From Candidatus Moraniibacteriota bacterium (lineage in GTDB: Bacteria; Patescibacteriota; Minisyncoccia; Moranbacterales; UBA11712): 64,000 bases of DNA. The notes beneath the pieces are model-generated. The model saw only the letters and a list, made by a program, of their open reading frames with translations. It ran no database searches and was not told the DNA's origin. Shown here piece after piece: positions 9,232 through 18,163 of this stretch. Positions within the stretch are counted from its first letter, which is position 1. Each line of letters opens with the position of its first letter. Location of the stretch: positions 24,661 to 88,660 of the forward strand of contig JAUXSN010000026.1 of the NCBI GenBank assembly GCA_030679895.1, read 5' to 3'. Both the position numbers and the translations under genes were made by a program.

Positions 9232-10155
9232 TTAAGAAATTTGCAACTTCCTATACACGCTTCCCGCCGCAATCGCTCCTTCCGCCGCCGCGGTCACGAT
9301 TTGGCGTGTTTTGTTCGATCCGGTCGTGGCGTCCCCCGCCGCGTAAATATTGGCGACGTTCGTGCTTTGATCAGATTCGACAATTATGAATCCTTGCTCG
9401 TCCGATTCCACGCCAAGCTGCTTGACTAGCTCAATTCCCGGCTCGCTTCCGATTTCGATAAAGATACCTTGCACTTCCAGCTCATCCGCATTTTCATATT
9501 TTTTGTCGAGAATTATTTTCTCAACTGACTTCTCCCCTTTGATCTCTTTGATGTTAGTTTGATAAATGACTTTGACTTTCGCGTTTCCGGAAATTTTTTC
9601 AAGGTATGCCGGATCCACTTTCAGCCGCTCGCCCCGATAGATGATAAAAACACTGCCGGCGTATTCCGCCAGAAGCAACGCCGCCGAGGCCGCGCTGTTC
9701 CCTCCGCCGACGACAACCACCGTTTTGTCTTTGAAAAACGGCGCGTCGCATGTGGGGCAATAGGAGACTCCTTTTCCTCTAAATTCGGTTTCTCCCGGAA
9801 TTCGCAATTTTCGATATTCCATTCCGAGCGCCAAAATGATATATTTCGCTTTATAATTCTCGGCGTGGGTTGTGACGCTCCAGACATCGCCTTCCTTCAT
9901 GATATTCGACACAGAATCCATAATTATTTTCCCGCCAAGCTTTTCAACGTGTTCGCGCATTTTTTGGCCAAGTTCCAAGCCGGATATGGATTCCGTCCCC
10001 GGCCAATTTTCAACCAGATGAGCTTCGTTGGCCTGTCCGCCCGGCTCTTTGGCGATAACTATATGGTTGATCTTATAGCGCGAAGCATAAATCGAAGCCG
10101 CAAGCCCGGCCGGTCCGGCGCCGATGATGATGAGATCGTAAATGTTTGTATCCAT
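9232..10155 (-). CDS. trxB: Thioredoxin-disulfide reductase
   Basis: GAGPAG, GVSYCPTCD, GGGNSA, IYAAGD. Confidence 0.93.
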   Translation of the reverse strand: MDTNIYDLIIIGAGPAGLAASIYASRYKINHIVIAKEPGGQANEAHLVENWPGTESISGLELGQKMREHVEKLGGKIIMDSVSNIMKEGDVWSVTTHAENYKAKYIILALGMEYRKLRIPGETEFRGKGVSYCPTCDAPFFKDKTVVVVGGGNSAASAALLLAEYAGSVFIIYRGERLKVDPAYLEKISGNAKVKVIYQTNIKEIKGEKSVEKIILDKKYENADELEVQGIFIEIGSEPGIELVKQLGVESDEQGFIIVESDQSTNVANIYAAGDATTGSNKTRQIVTAAAEGAIAAGSVYRKLQIS

Positions 10156-10168
10156 AGAAATATATCTG

Positions 10169-10270
10169 GCGAACGAAAAATTGAAGTTGAGAGAGTATCG
10201 CGTTCTGTTTCCGCATATTAATATGCGGAAACAGGTTAGCCTACTCGAAAAACTTTAATTTTTCGCGAGC
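10169..10270. repeat. Long imperfect hairpin with a perfect 30-bp palindromic core (10205-10234)
   Basis: CTGTTTCCGCATATT|AATATGCGGAAACAG; outer arms CGAAAAATTGAAGTT / AACTTTAATTTTTCG. Confidence 0.8.
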
Positions 10271-10273
10271 TTA

Positions 10274-10588
10274 TTAAACCTTCCCCAGCTCTTCCCTCAA
10301 ATTATCTTTATTTTGCACGCCTACCAATTGCTTTACAACTTTTCCATTCTTGAAAATTATCAGAGTCGGAATCGACATTACGCTGTAATTTGTGGCTGTT
10401 ACGCGATTCTCGTCCACGTTCAGTTTTCCAATTTTGGCCTTGTCTTTCATTTCTTCAGCCAGCTCGTCGATAATAGGGCCCATTATCTGGCACGGACCGC
10501 ACCAAGCCGCCCAAAAATCAACCAAAACGGGTTTTTCGCTTTTCAACACTTCCTGCTCGAAATTTTGATCGCTGAATTGTTGCGCCAT
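10274..10588 (-). CDS. trxA: Thioredoxin
   Basis: DFWAAWCGPC, SIPTL. Confidence 0.96.
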   Translation of the reverse strand: MAQQFSDQNFEQEVLKSEKPVLVDFWAAWCGPCQIMGPIIDELAEEMKDKAKIGKLNVDENRVTATNYSVMSIPTLIIFKNGKVVKQLVGVQNKDNLREELGKV

Positions 10589-10592
10589 AAAT

Positions 10593-11114
10593 TTATTTAT
10601 TAGATTTCTTACGATTTATAAAAATTAACGCGCCTCCGCCGATAAGGATAAGAGCGGCTATTATTGCGGGAAAATAATTTTTTTTGTTTCCGGCCGAAAC
10701 GGGGGCATCCACGCTATTCGGATTTTCCTTTGCGGTATTTTTGCTGATTTTGTCCGGATCAGGAAGTTGAGACGCGTCCGCCGCGTCGATTTCTTTTTCA
10801 AAATTATCAATGATCGGCTGATCACCGGCAATGAATTTATCCGCGAAAGCAATGGCTGGAACACTTCCCTTAAATTCGCTTTTGAAAACTTCTCCGAATT
10901 TCAGGAGCAAGCGGGTATTGAACGGATTGGAAAAATCAAGTTTTGTGATGTCATATTTATCATAAATCCCATTGGCTTTGAAATATTCGTCCACTTTCTG
11001 GCAATGCGGACACTGATCGCCATAAAAATAGTAAGCCTTCTTTTTCGAATCGCTTTGGGCTAGGGAAAAAATTGGAATTATAAAAAGAGCAAGTATAATA
11101 AATTTTAGTTTCAT
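10593..11114 (-). CDS. Exported thioredoxin/glutaredoxin-fold protein with a C-terminal membrane anchor
   Basis: Signal peptide, CPHC, SVP loop, C-terminal TM followed by a basic tail. Confidence 0.8.
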   Translation of the reverse strand: MKLKFIILALFIIPIFSLAQSDSKKKAYYFYGDQCPHCQKVDEYFKANGIYDKYDITKLDFSNPFNTRLLLKFGEVFKSEFKGSVPAIAFADKFIAGDQPIIDNFEKEIDAADASQLPDPDKISKNTAKENPNSVDAPVSAGNKKNYFPAIIAALILIGGGALIFINRKKSNK

Positions 11115-11115
11115 A

Positions 11116-11280
11116 AAAATTTTCAATTATCAATTTTTAATTTCTAAACAATTTTCAATGACTGAATGAATCAATTTTCAACGTTATGTTTAAGAAATTG
11201 GGAAATTTAAGCATTGTTTGTCACCGCCTTGGCGGGATCCCGCTTGGGCGGGAAAAATTGAAAATTAGAAATTGAAAATT
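11116..11280. repeat. Heptamer-periodic inverted element (CAATTTT / GAAAATT) with a nested GC double hairpin at 11217-11254
   Basis: Same units as the 9072 and 15725 elements. Confidence 0.85.
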
Positions 11281-11285
11281 GCGCG

Positions 11286-11999
11286 TCAGCGCCCGTATTT
11301 TCTCGCCCTTCGCGAATAATCCAAAATCGCTTCTCTCATTTTCTTCTCGTTAAAATCCGGCCAGAGAGTTTCGGAAAAATAGAGCTGGGCGTTGGCCAAG
11401 TCCCACATCATAAAACCGGCGCTCATATGCGGTTCTCCGCCAGTACGCACTAGAAGATCAACCGGAGGCAAATCTTTCGTCATCAAGTGGCTTTTTATCA
11501 TCCGGGTCGTTATTTTGGCCTTTCCTTTGCATTTTCCGGCGATTTTTTTCATCGCTTCCATAATTTCATCATCCCCGCTATACGCCAAAAGAAAATTCAG
11601 AAAATATTTTCGGTAGCGGTTTGTCCGATTGATGCACTTATGGATTATACGCTTCAGCGTCTCCGGAAATTGCTCTTCCCATTTGCCAATCACATTGATC
11701 CTCACCTTGTTTTTGTGAATATCTTCGCTATCAATCAGCTTTAAAAAATACTTGCGATAAACATCGAGCAAAGCTTTCTTTTCTCTCCATGGCCTTTTCC
11801 GCATATTATCCAGCGACGATCCCCAAAAAGTGACGTATTCCACTCCCAAATCCAAATTTTCCCGAAGCACTTTTTCGAGATTTTTGGCTCCGGCATCATG
11901 ACCCTCCCACGGCTTGAGACCCCGCTCGCGCGCCCAGCGCCGATTGCCGTCGGGGATGATGGCAACATGTTTGGGGATGTTTTTTATCTTATTGGACAT
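11286..11999 (-). CDS. uppS: Undecaprenyl diphosphate synthase (cis-prenyltransferase)
   Basis: PKHVAIIPDGNRRWA, DLLVRTGGE, LWPDF, RKYG. Confidence 0.95.
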   Translation of the reverse strand: MSNKIKNIPKHVAIIPDGNRRWARERGLKPWEGHDAGAKNLEKVLRENLDLGVEYVTFWGSSLDNMRKRPWREKKALLDVYRKYFLKLIDSEDIHKNKVRINVIGKWEEQFPETLKRIIHKCINRTNRYRKYFLNFLLAYSGDDEIMEAMKKIAGKCKGKAKITTRMIKSHLMTKDLPPVDLLVRTGGEPHMSAGFMMWDLANAQLYFSETLWPDFNEKKMREAILDYSRRARKYGR

Positions 12000-12093
12000 A
12001 ATAGCGACAACAAAACAAAATTAGGAAGCTAACAGCTCCTCATTTGATTATTCTATAACAAAAACAAATTTATCTCAATATGCTGTACTTTTC

Positions 12094-13161
12094 TCATACT
12101 TCTCTGCTCACGATATATTCCGCTATCCCGACAAGGAAATCTTTAGCGTCCTTGGATATTGCTGATTTTTCCATAGCTGACACGCCCTTTGAAACCAGGT
12201 TTTTCGCCAATTTTTTGGAATATTCCAGCGATCTGGTATCAATAATAATTTTTCGGAAATCTTCTATTTCCCCTCTTGTGACATTTCTGTTTCCCAAAAC
12301 GCTCTTTATGAATTTTCGCTGGACGCTGTTTCCTTTTTCAACGGCCTTCAGCACCAGAAGAGTTTGCTTCCCCTCCCGAAGATCGCTGCAAACCGGTTTT
12401 CCCAGCTTCTTTTCATTGCCAAACACGCCCAGAATGTCATCTTGAATTTGAAAAGCAACGCCCACCGGAACCGCGTAATCGCTCAATACTTTCAGAAAAT
12501 TTTTATCCGCTCCGGCAAGAAGCGCTCCCAGATGAAGCGGCCCCTCGACCGTATATTTCGCGGTTTTGCTTTTATGGACTTCCGAAATTTCTTTTTCGGT
12601 CGCCTTGCCGCGAGCCTCCAGAATCACGTCCATCATTTCCCCGGCCACCGTGTCCCTGACAATGTCTTGGAGCTTGTCCAGCGCTTTCAGGATCTTCTCC
12701 GCTGAAAATCGGGAATTGAAGATAATGGCGTTTCCTGCCGCCGCGGCCATGTCGCCTATGATTATGGCCATGGAGTTTCCAAAATGAAACGGGTCTTTTC
12801 TTTTATAGAATTGCCTGGCAATAGTCTCGTATCGCTTGTGGATCGTCGGCACCCCATGGCGAAAATTGTCCTGGTCGATAATGTCGTCGTGAATGAGAAG
12901 AAAAATATGCGTAAGCTCGATGCTCATCGAAGCCTCGATTATTTTTTCGTCTTCCTTACCGCTTGCCGCTTTGTATCCCCAATACATAAAAGCCGCCCGG
13001 ACGCGCTTTCCGCCCGCGAGCGTCAAATCTCTCAAATTCTCCGCCGCCTGGGCCGCCAGCGGATTTATTTTCCTTGCTTCCCGGATTCTTTCCCTGAAAA
13101 ATACGGCCAGCTTTCGGTCGAGAATTTTTTTGTAGTTTTGGAGCTCTTGCTTGGCATTCAT
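12094..13161 (-). CDS. Polyprenyl diphosphate synthase (FPP/GGPP synthase family)
   Basis: GGKRVR, LIHDDIID, FQIQDDILG, DLREGK. Confidence 0.93.
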   Translation of the reverse strand: MNAKQELQNYKKILDRKLAVFFRERIREARKINPLAAQAAENLRDLTLAGGKRVRAAFMYWGYKAASGKEDEKIIEASMSIELTHIFLLIHDDIIDQDNFRHGVPTIHKRYETIARQFYKRKDPFHFGNSMAIIIGDMAAAAGNAIIFNSRFSAEKILKALDKLQDIVRDTVAGEMMDVILEARGKATEKEISEVHKSKTAKYTVEGPLHLGALLAGADKNFLKVLSDYAVPVGVAFQIQDDILGVFGNEKKLGKPVCSDLREGKQTLLVLKAVEKGNSVQRKFIKSVLGNRNVTRGEIEDFRKIIIDTRSLEYSKKLAKNLVSKGVSAMEKSAISKDAKDFLVGIAEYIVSREV

Positions 13162-13212
13162 TAGCAATTCTTTGACAACAATTAGTCTATATTATAAAGG
13201 CAAATTTTGCTA

Positions 13213-13241
13213 TTGACAAATTATATTATTTCGTTTAAAAT
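13213..13241 (+). promoter_or_regulatory. Sigma70-type promoter
   Basis: TTGACA-17 nt-TAAAAT. Confidence 0.7.
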
Positions 13242-13333
13242 ATAGTCAAATTCTTTTGGGTAAGGAGGTCATAAAACTGGCTAAGGTCGGAGTTCATTTA
13301 ACAAATTAAACTAGTCTATTGAGGAGACAAGAT

Positions 13334-13522
13334 TTGAAACAGACAATATTTCATGACACCGCGGGGGTAAGGGTGAAAACGCCCTGGGATATTACCGTAA
13401 TGCGACAGGGGAGAAAAACTCCTCTCATCGTTCAAGGCATCGGGAGGTTAAGCGTGTTAAAGGATCGAGTCATCGAAGCTTATCCCGGAGCAACGCTGAA
13501 ATTCACTCCGATGATCGCCTGA
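13334..13522 (+). CDS. Small hypothetical protein
   Basis: GAGGAG SD 7 nt before the TTG; own promoter and terminator. Confidence 0.55.
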   Translation: MKQTIFHDTAGVRVKTPWDITVMRQGRKTPLIVQGIGRLSVLKDRVIEAYPGATLKFTPMIA

Positions 13523-13585
13523 TCCCGCCCCAAAGTGCCAAGTCTCCACAGAACTAGCTAAAATTTTGTCCCAAAAGGATATTAC

Positions 13586-13632
13586 TGCCCCCGTAAGGCG
13601 CCACACCAGTGCCGACCGGGGGTATTTTTTTT
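13586..13632 (+). terminator. Intrinsic terminator
   Basis: TGCCCCCG...CGGGGGTA stem followed by a T tract. Confidence 0.7.
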
Positions 13633-13648
13633 ATTTAAAAGAATTTTG

Positions 13649-13720
13649 TACCGCTACGGAGAATCGAACTCCGGTTTCCAGGATGAGAACCTGATGTCCT
13701 GACCACTAGACGATAGCGGC
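13649..13720 (-). tRNA. tRNA-Glu(CTC), CCA not encoded
   Basis: GCCGCTA/TAGCGGT acceptor, TCAGG-TT CTC AT-CCTGG anticodon arm, GTTCGATTC T-loop. Confidence 0.95.
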
Positions 13721-13770
13721 GTAACGCTCTATACATTACTAAAATTTTTTCGGCTTGTCCATATTTTTCC

Positions 13771-13807
13771 AAAAAGAAAAGGGGCCTACAGACGTGAGTA
13801 GGACCCC
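13771..13807 (-). terminator. Intrinsic terminator of the 13861-14097 ORF
   Basis: GGGGTCCTAC...GTAGGCCCC then TTTTCTTTTT on the minus strand. Confidence 0.75.
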
Positions 13808-13860
13808 ATGGAGAGAGGTTTAACGGATAACAAAGATTTACTGGGCGATTGGAGAAAGTC

Positions 13861-14097
13861 TTAAGCATGAGCGATACGCCCCCCATTTCGGACCATAGCA
13901 GCCAGATCCTCGATGGGAACGATGTCAATGATCGTGCTCTGGACAAGTTCCTCCGCGATCGCCAACTGTTCTCGAGATAAATCCCCAAGATGTGTGCGCA
14001 CACTTGCAAGGATTTTTTCTCTCTGGATAGGATATTCCCTTTCCCTTCTCCGGAGAGCTTCCGTTGCCATTTGTTTCTTCTGAGCATCTGGAGACAT
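13861..14097 (-). CDS. Small hypothetical protein
   Basis: ATG with GGGGGAGG SD, 78 aa, helical-looking, followed by a terminator. Confidence 0.7.
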   Translation of the reverse strand: MSPDAQKKQMATEALRRREREYPIQREKILASVRTHLGDLSREQLAIAEELVQSTIIDIVPIEDLAAMVRNGGRIAHA

Positions 14098-14356
14098 CTT
14101 GCCCTCCCCCGAGACTAAGCTCGGAATTTTTTTTAAAAAAGTTGGTTAGTCTTGAGCTCAACTTAAGAATCAATAAGTTATTTATAATTCCCAAATGAAG
14201 CCCAAGACTTCTTGTGTTTTCCTCCTTTTAAAACACAAAACGATCCGGCAATACCATGCATGGATCGTTTTTTAAAGAGCTGACGGTTATCCCCTATTCT
14301 TGGCAACCGCAAGCTCTCTTAATATTCAATTTTCCCTTTTTGTTTTACGCCCCCCC

Positions 14357-14385
14357 ATTTTATCCCCGGAGCCGGATCGCGTCAA
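14357..14385 (-). promoter_or_regulatory. Sigma70-type promoter
   Basis: TTGACG-17 nt-TAAAAT on the minus strand. Confidence 0.65.
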
Positions 14386-14393
14386 TGGGGCAG

Positions 14394-14402
14394 TTATCCA
14401 CA
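14394..14402 (+). promoter_or_regulatory. DnaA-box consensus
   Basis: TTATCCACA exact match, isolated. Confidence 0.5.
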
Positions 14403-14405
14403 GGC

Positions 14406-15719
14406 CTATTTTACCTTCCATTCCTCCGTCTGTCTCGGCAGAAGCTTTTCCGCCTGTTCCGGAAAACGCATAATTTCCTCGGAAATAAGCTCCATTCTGG
14501 CTCCCTGGGATCCTTTTATCAAAATCACGTCCCCTTCTTTCAAGGCTTTTTGAATAGGGATTTTAGCCTCGAACGAGTCATCGTAGCAGAAAACATTGTT
14601 TTTGTCAAGTCCCGACCGAATCGCTTCGTCGGCGATGAATTTCGCCTTGTCGCCAATCGCGAAAAGAATATCGGCAACTTGGGCCGCTTTTTTTCCCACT
14701 TCCCGATGTCCCGCTTCCGCTGCTTCGCCCAGCTCCAACATATTTCCCAGGGCCGCTATTTTTCGGCGCGCCTGAATTTTTTCCAGCACTTCAAGGGCGG
14801 CCAGCGTTGACTGCGGAGCGGCGTTATAGCTGTCCTCAATGATCATCGTGTTTTTGATCCCGTCTATAATATTCAATCGTCCCGCCGGTGCCTGAAAATC
14901 TTTGAGCGCTCCGGCAATCTCCAAAAGATTCATTCCAAAATGAATGCCGACCGCCGTGGCCGCCAGAGCCGAATATATTTGAGGCCTTCCGACAGATTGC
15001 GTCAGTCTTACCGGCATAGTTGTCCCTTCAAAGCTCAACTTGAAGCTGATGCCCCGAATCTTGCTGATATCGATACCCTTGCGATCTTTCACCGTTTCAT
15101 AGCCGAAGAAAACATCTGAAGCTCGAACGTCGGCTGCCTCTGAAAAGCCGAAAAACATTTTTTTTACCTTCACCGCTTCGGCCATTTTTCTCGCTTCCTC
15201 ATCGTCATAATTGAGAACTGCCAGTCCTTCTTTGTTTAAAAACCGGACTAAATAACTTTTTTCCCGGACAATTTGCTTTTTATCTTTGAAAAATTCGAGA
15301 TGGCTGATGCCAATGGCCGTAACCACGCCCACTTCCGGCTGGATGAAATCCACCAGATATTTGATATCTCCCGGCCGGTCCGCTCCCATTTCGAGAACCA
15401 TAATTTCGGGATATTTTTTCTTTGATGAAAAGAAAAGAATTCCGATTGACCGCAGAAACACTACGGTCCATTTTAAGAAGCTTCCGCCCCCGCCGGAAAG
15501 GCCGAGGATAGTAAGCGGCAGGCCGATTTCGTTGTTGTAATTCTTTTCGTTCTTGCGCACTCGATACTTTGAAGCCAGCACCGTATAAATCGCTTCTTTC
15601 GTTGAACTTTTTCCCACTGATCCCGTAACGCCGACAATGCGAGGCCTGAATTCACGCAAGGTTCTGGTTGCGAAATATTTTAATATTTTTTCCAATATTA
15701 TTATTCTTTTTGATTTCAT
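14406..15719 (-). CDS. murF: UDP-MurNAc-tripeptide--D-Ala-D-Ala ligase
   Basis: GVTGSVGKSSTKE, NNEIGLP, EMGAD, DSYNAAP, LGNMLELG, LIKGS. Confidence 0.9.
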   Translation of the reverse strand: MKSKRIIILEKILKYFATRTLREFRPRIVGVTGSVGKSSTKEAIYTVLASKYRVRKNEKNYNNEIGLPLTILGLSGGGGSFLKWTVVFLRSIGILFFSSKKKYPEIMVLEMGADRPGDIKYLVDFIQPEVGVVTAIGISHLEFFKDKKQIVREKSYLVRFLNKEGLAVLNYDDEEARKMAEAVKVKKMFFGFSEAADVRASDVFFGYETVKDRKGIDISKIRGISFKLSFEGTTMPVRLTQSVGRPQIYSALAATAVGIHFGMNLLEIAGALKDFQAPAGRLNIIDGIKNTMIIEDSYNAAPQSTLAALEVLEKIQARRKIAALGNMLELGEAAEAGHREVGKKAAQVADILFAIGDKAKFIADEAIRSGLDKNNVFCYDDSFEAKIPIQKALKEGDVILIKGSQGARMELISEEIMRFPEQAEKLLPRQTEEWKVK

Positions 15720-15724
15720 GTTAA

Positions 15725-15863
15725 TAATTTTCAATTTCCAATTTTCAATTTTCAATCAATACTCCAATTCTCCAATTTTCAATGAAATAAAGTTTGAAAA
15801 TTTTGTCATTGTGACATTGAAAATTGTTTGGAAATTAGAAATTGATAATTGAAAATTAGAATT
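15725..15863. repeat. Heptamer-periodic inverted element (CAATTTT / GAAAATT)
   Basis: Fills the ftsI-murF gap; same units as the 9072 and 11116 elements. Confidence 0.88.
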
Positions 15864-17733
15864 AATGTTTCTTTTTCTTCTCTTTCTTTTCCTCTGCCGG
15901 CGGCATCGCTGGCGGCTGAACTTCTTCTTTCGGCGCCTGATATATCGAAACATCATGCGTCGCGTTGAAGATATCCACATCTTTCTCGGTATATTCCTCC
16001 GTCGGCTCGACTCCAAAATAATCTAGCATAAACTTGGCCATTTCGCCAAAAGTGGGAGCCGCGCTTGACTCCGCCCACTCGACATTCTTGGGATTATCCA
16101 GCTTGACCAGCATCGCGAATTTCGGATCATAGGCCGGCGCGAAACCGGCAAAGGATCCTATATGCGCGCTTTCTTCATAACCCCCGCCATTCTTTTTTGG
16201 CACTTGAGCCGTTCCCGTTTTTCCCGCCACGAGATAACCGGGAACCCCCGCTCTTTTCCCATGACCGCTTTGAACGACGCTGATGAGCATTCTGGTCAAA
16301 TCCAGGCTGGATTCTTTGGAAATAACCCGCCTTATTTCCCGGGGCTCGATAACATTCTCATTTCCGTCTCCGCTGGAAATTTTTCCGACCAAATGAGCTT
16401 TCATCATTTCGCCGCCGTTAGCGATCGTGGCAAAAGCGCTCACGAGCTGAAGAGGAGTCACCGAAAGTCCCTGCCCGAAAGCGGCCGTAAAGGCGTTTAT
16501 GCTTCTTAGTTCCTTGAGGCCCGAGATATTGCCGGAAACTTCTCCCAAAGTGTCAATTCCTGTTTTTTCGCCAAAACCAAAATTTTTCACGTATTCAAGA
16601 AATCTCAAATTGCCCAGCAATTTTTCGACGAAGATCACTCCTGTGTTCAAGGATTTTTCAAGCACCTGCGTCATTGTTTGCGCGCCATTCGCCTTGCCAT
16701 CTGAATTTTTGATGGTATATCCGGCTTCGCTTACCGCTCCGGTGTCAGTATAAATAGTGTCGGGAACCACCAGCTTCGCGTCAAGGCCGCCCGCCATCGT
16801 AACCGGCTTGAAAACAGATCCGCATTCATAAGTCTCGCTTACGACCGGATTGGCAAACACCGCCATATCTTCAACTTTTGAAAAATCATTGGGATTGAAA
16901 GTCGGCCAGGACGCCATCGCCAAAACCGCTCCGGTGCGAGGCTCGGTGATCACGATGTTGCCACTATCAGCCATAAACTTTTCCACCGATTTTTTTATTG
17001 CCATTTCCGCCCGGTACTGGATCGTATGGTCGATTGTCAGATAGAGGTCGGATCCGTTTACGGCCGGTATTATTTTTCTCTCGCTGATTGATATCCATCT
17101 CCCACCCGTGTCTCTTTCCTGCTCAAGTTTTCCTTCCTGCCCCTCAAGCTCTTTGTCCCAATAGGCTTCAAGTCCGTAACGTCCCTTCGTTTTCTCGCCG
17201 TCTGATCCGACGAAACCGACTATTTGCGAGGCAAATGTGCCGGCCGGATAGGAGCGTTCGTTTTCCGGAGCAAAATATATTCCTTTTATATTTTTTTCTT
17301 TTATGGCGCCGGATTTGTCATCCTCTGTTTTGTGGGCAATAACCGCGTACCAGCCTTCCGGCTGATCCAGCTTATCCTTCAGCTCCCCTTCGTCCAGTCC
17401 CAGGATTTCCGCGATATCGCGGGCGGCTTTTGCCGGATCTTCAATCTCTTTTGGAACGGCATAAACCAAACTCAACTCTTTGTTAGCCGCGACCGGGTAA
17501 TAGTCATCGCCGTCTTTGACGAATATCTCCCCGCGCCTTGGCACAAGATCTTCAAAAACCTTGTGCTGGTCAAAAGCCAGCTCTTGATAATATTCATGGG
17601 CAAGAATCTGAAGAGAATACAGGCGAAAAAAAATGAGGCCGGAAAATATGAAAACAAAAACAACCAGAAGATATATCCGGAAGTTTGTTTTAAGAGAACT
17701 TCTTTTCTGTTTTCCAAATTTTCTTTTAGTCAT
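15862..17733 (-). CDS. ftsI: Class B penicillin-binding protein (FtsI-like)
   Basis: SVFK, SLN and KTGT motifs; position in the mraZ-rsmH-ftsL cluster. Confidence 0.88.
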   Translation of the reverse strand: MTKRKFGKQKRSSLKTNFRIYLLVVFVFIFSGLIFFRLYSLQILAHEYYQELAFDQHKVFEDLVPRRGEIFVKDGDDYYPVAANKELSLVYAVPKEIEDPAKAARDIAEILGLDEGELKDKLDQPEGWYAVIAHKTEDDKSGAIKEKNIKGIYFAPENERSYPAGTFASQIVGFVGSDGEKTKGRYGLEAYWDKELEGQEGKLEQERDTGGRWISISERKIIPAVNGSDLYLTIDHTIQYRAEMAIKKSVEKFMADSGNIVITEPRTGAVLAMASWPTFNPNDFSKVEDMAVFANPVVSETYECGSVFKPVTMAGGLDAKLVVPDTIYTDTGAVSEAGYTIKNSDGKANGAQTMTQVLEKSLNTGVIFVEKLLGNLRFLEYVKNFGFGEKTGIDTLGEVSGNISGLKELRSINAFTAAFGQGLSVTPLQLVSAFATIANGGEMMKAHLVGKISSGDGNENVIEPREIRRVISKESSLDLTRMLISVVQSGHGKRAGVPGYLVAGKTGTAQVPKKNGGGYEESAHIGSFAGFAPAYDPKFAMLVKLDNPKNVEWAESSAAPTFGEMAKFMLDYFGVEPTEEYTEKDVDIFNATHDVSIYQAPKEEVQPPAMPPAEEKKEKKKKH

Positions 17734-17769
17734 CGAGCTTAATGCCTATCGCATCGTTAACAAAGTATT

Positions 17770-18135
17770 TTACTTCATCGCCACATCACCCGGAAGATTC
17801 AGATAACTGACATCTTTCGGAACAATCATATTAAGTCCTTTGGTTTTTTCTTCGATATTATACATCGATCTCTGCTGCGCCTCCCGGATTTTCAGTTTTT
17901 CGTTTTCTTTCTTGAGATCGCTCATCTGATTTTCAAGCGCTTTGATTTCATATCCTTTTGTCGCCATATTATTCACCTCGAAGATATAAAAAACTCCCAA
18001 AAGACAGACTAAAGCGGCCACCAAAAAATTCAAGGTGACGTTGCCCATCCTCGCTGCTGATTGCGATTTTACTGTTTTTTTCCTCTCACCGAAATTCACG
18101 GAACTGGAATTGGTGATAGTGAGAAACCGGCTCAT
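17770..18135 (-). CDS. ftsL: FtsL-like cell division protein
   Basis: Single TM plus coiled coil, between rsmH and ftsI. Confidence 0.7.
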   Translation of the reverse strand: MSRFLTITNSSSVNFGERKKTVKSQSAARMGNVTLNFLVAALVCLLGVFYIFEVNNMATKGYEIKALENQMSDLKKENEKLKIREAQQRSMYNIEEKTKGLNMIVPKDVSYLNLPGDVAMK

Positions 18136-18163
18136 TGAACTTTTGGCCCCCCTCAGTTAGAAT

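Noticed and set aside
13262-13308. Strong SD (AAGGAGGT) followed by a possible 10-codon CTG-start peptide
   Set aside because: No canonical start codon and too short to support from sequence alone.
15720-15755. Track N-terminal extensions (murF, HtrA-like, uvrB, guaB, tsaC, serS)
   Set aside because: They arise from TTG/GTG codons in repeats or overlaps; downstream ATGs fit the family N-termini better.
9072-15863. Periodic repeats read as a CRISPR array
   Set aside because: The units are 7 nt, degenerate and inverted, with no constant 23-47 nt repeat plus unique spacers and no cas genes.
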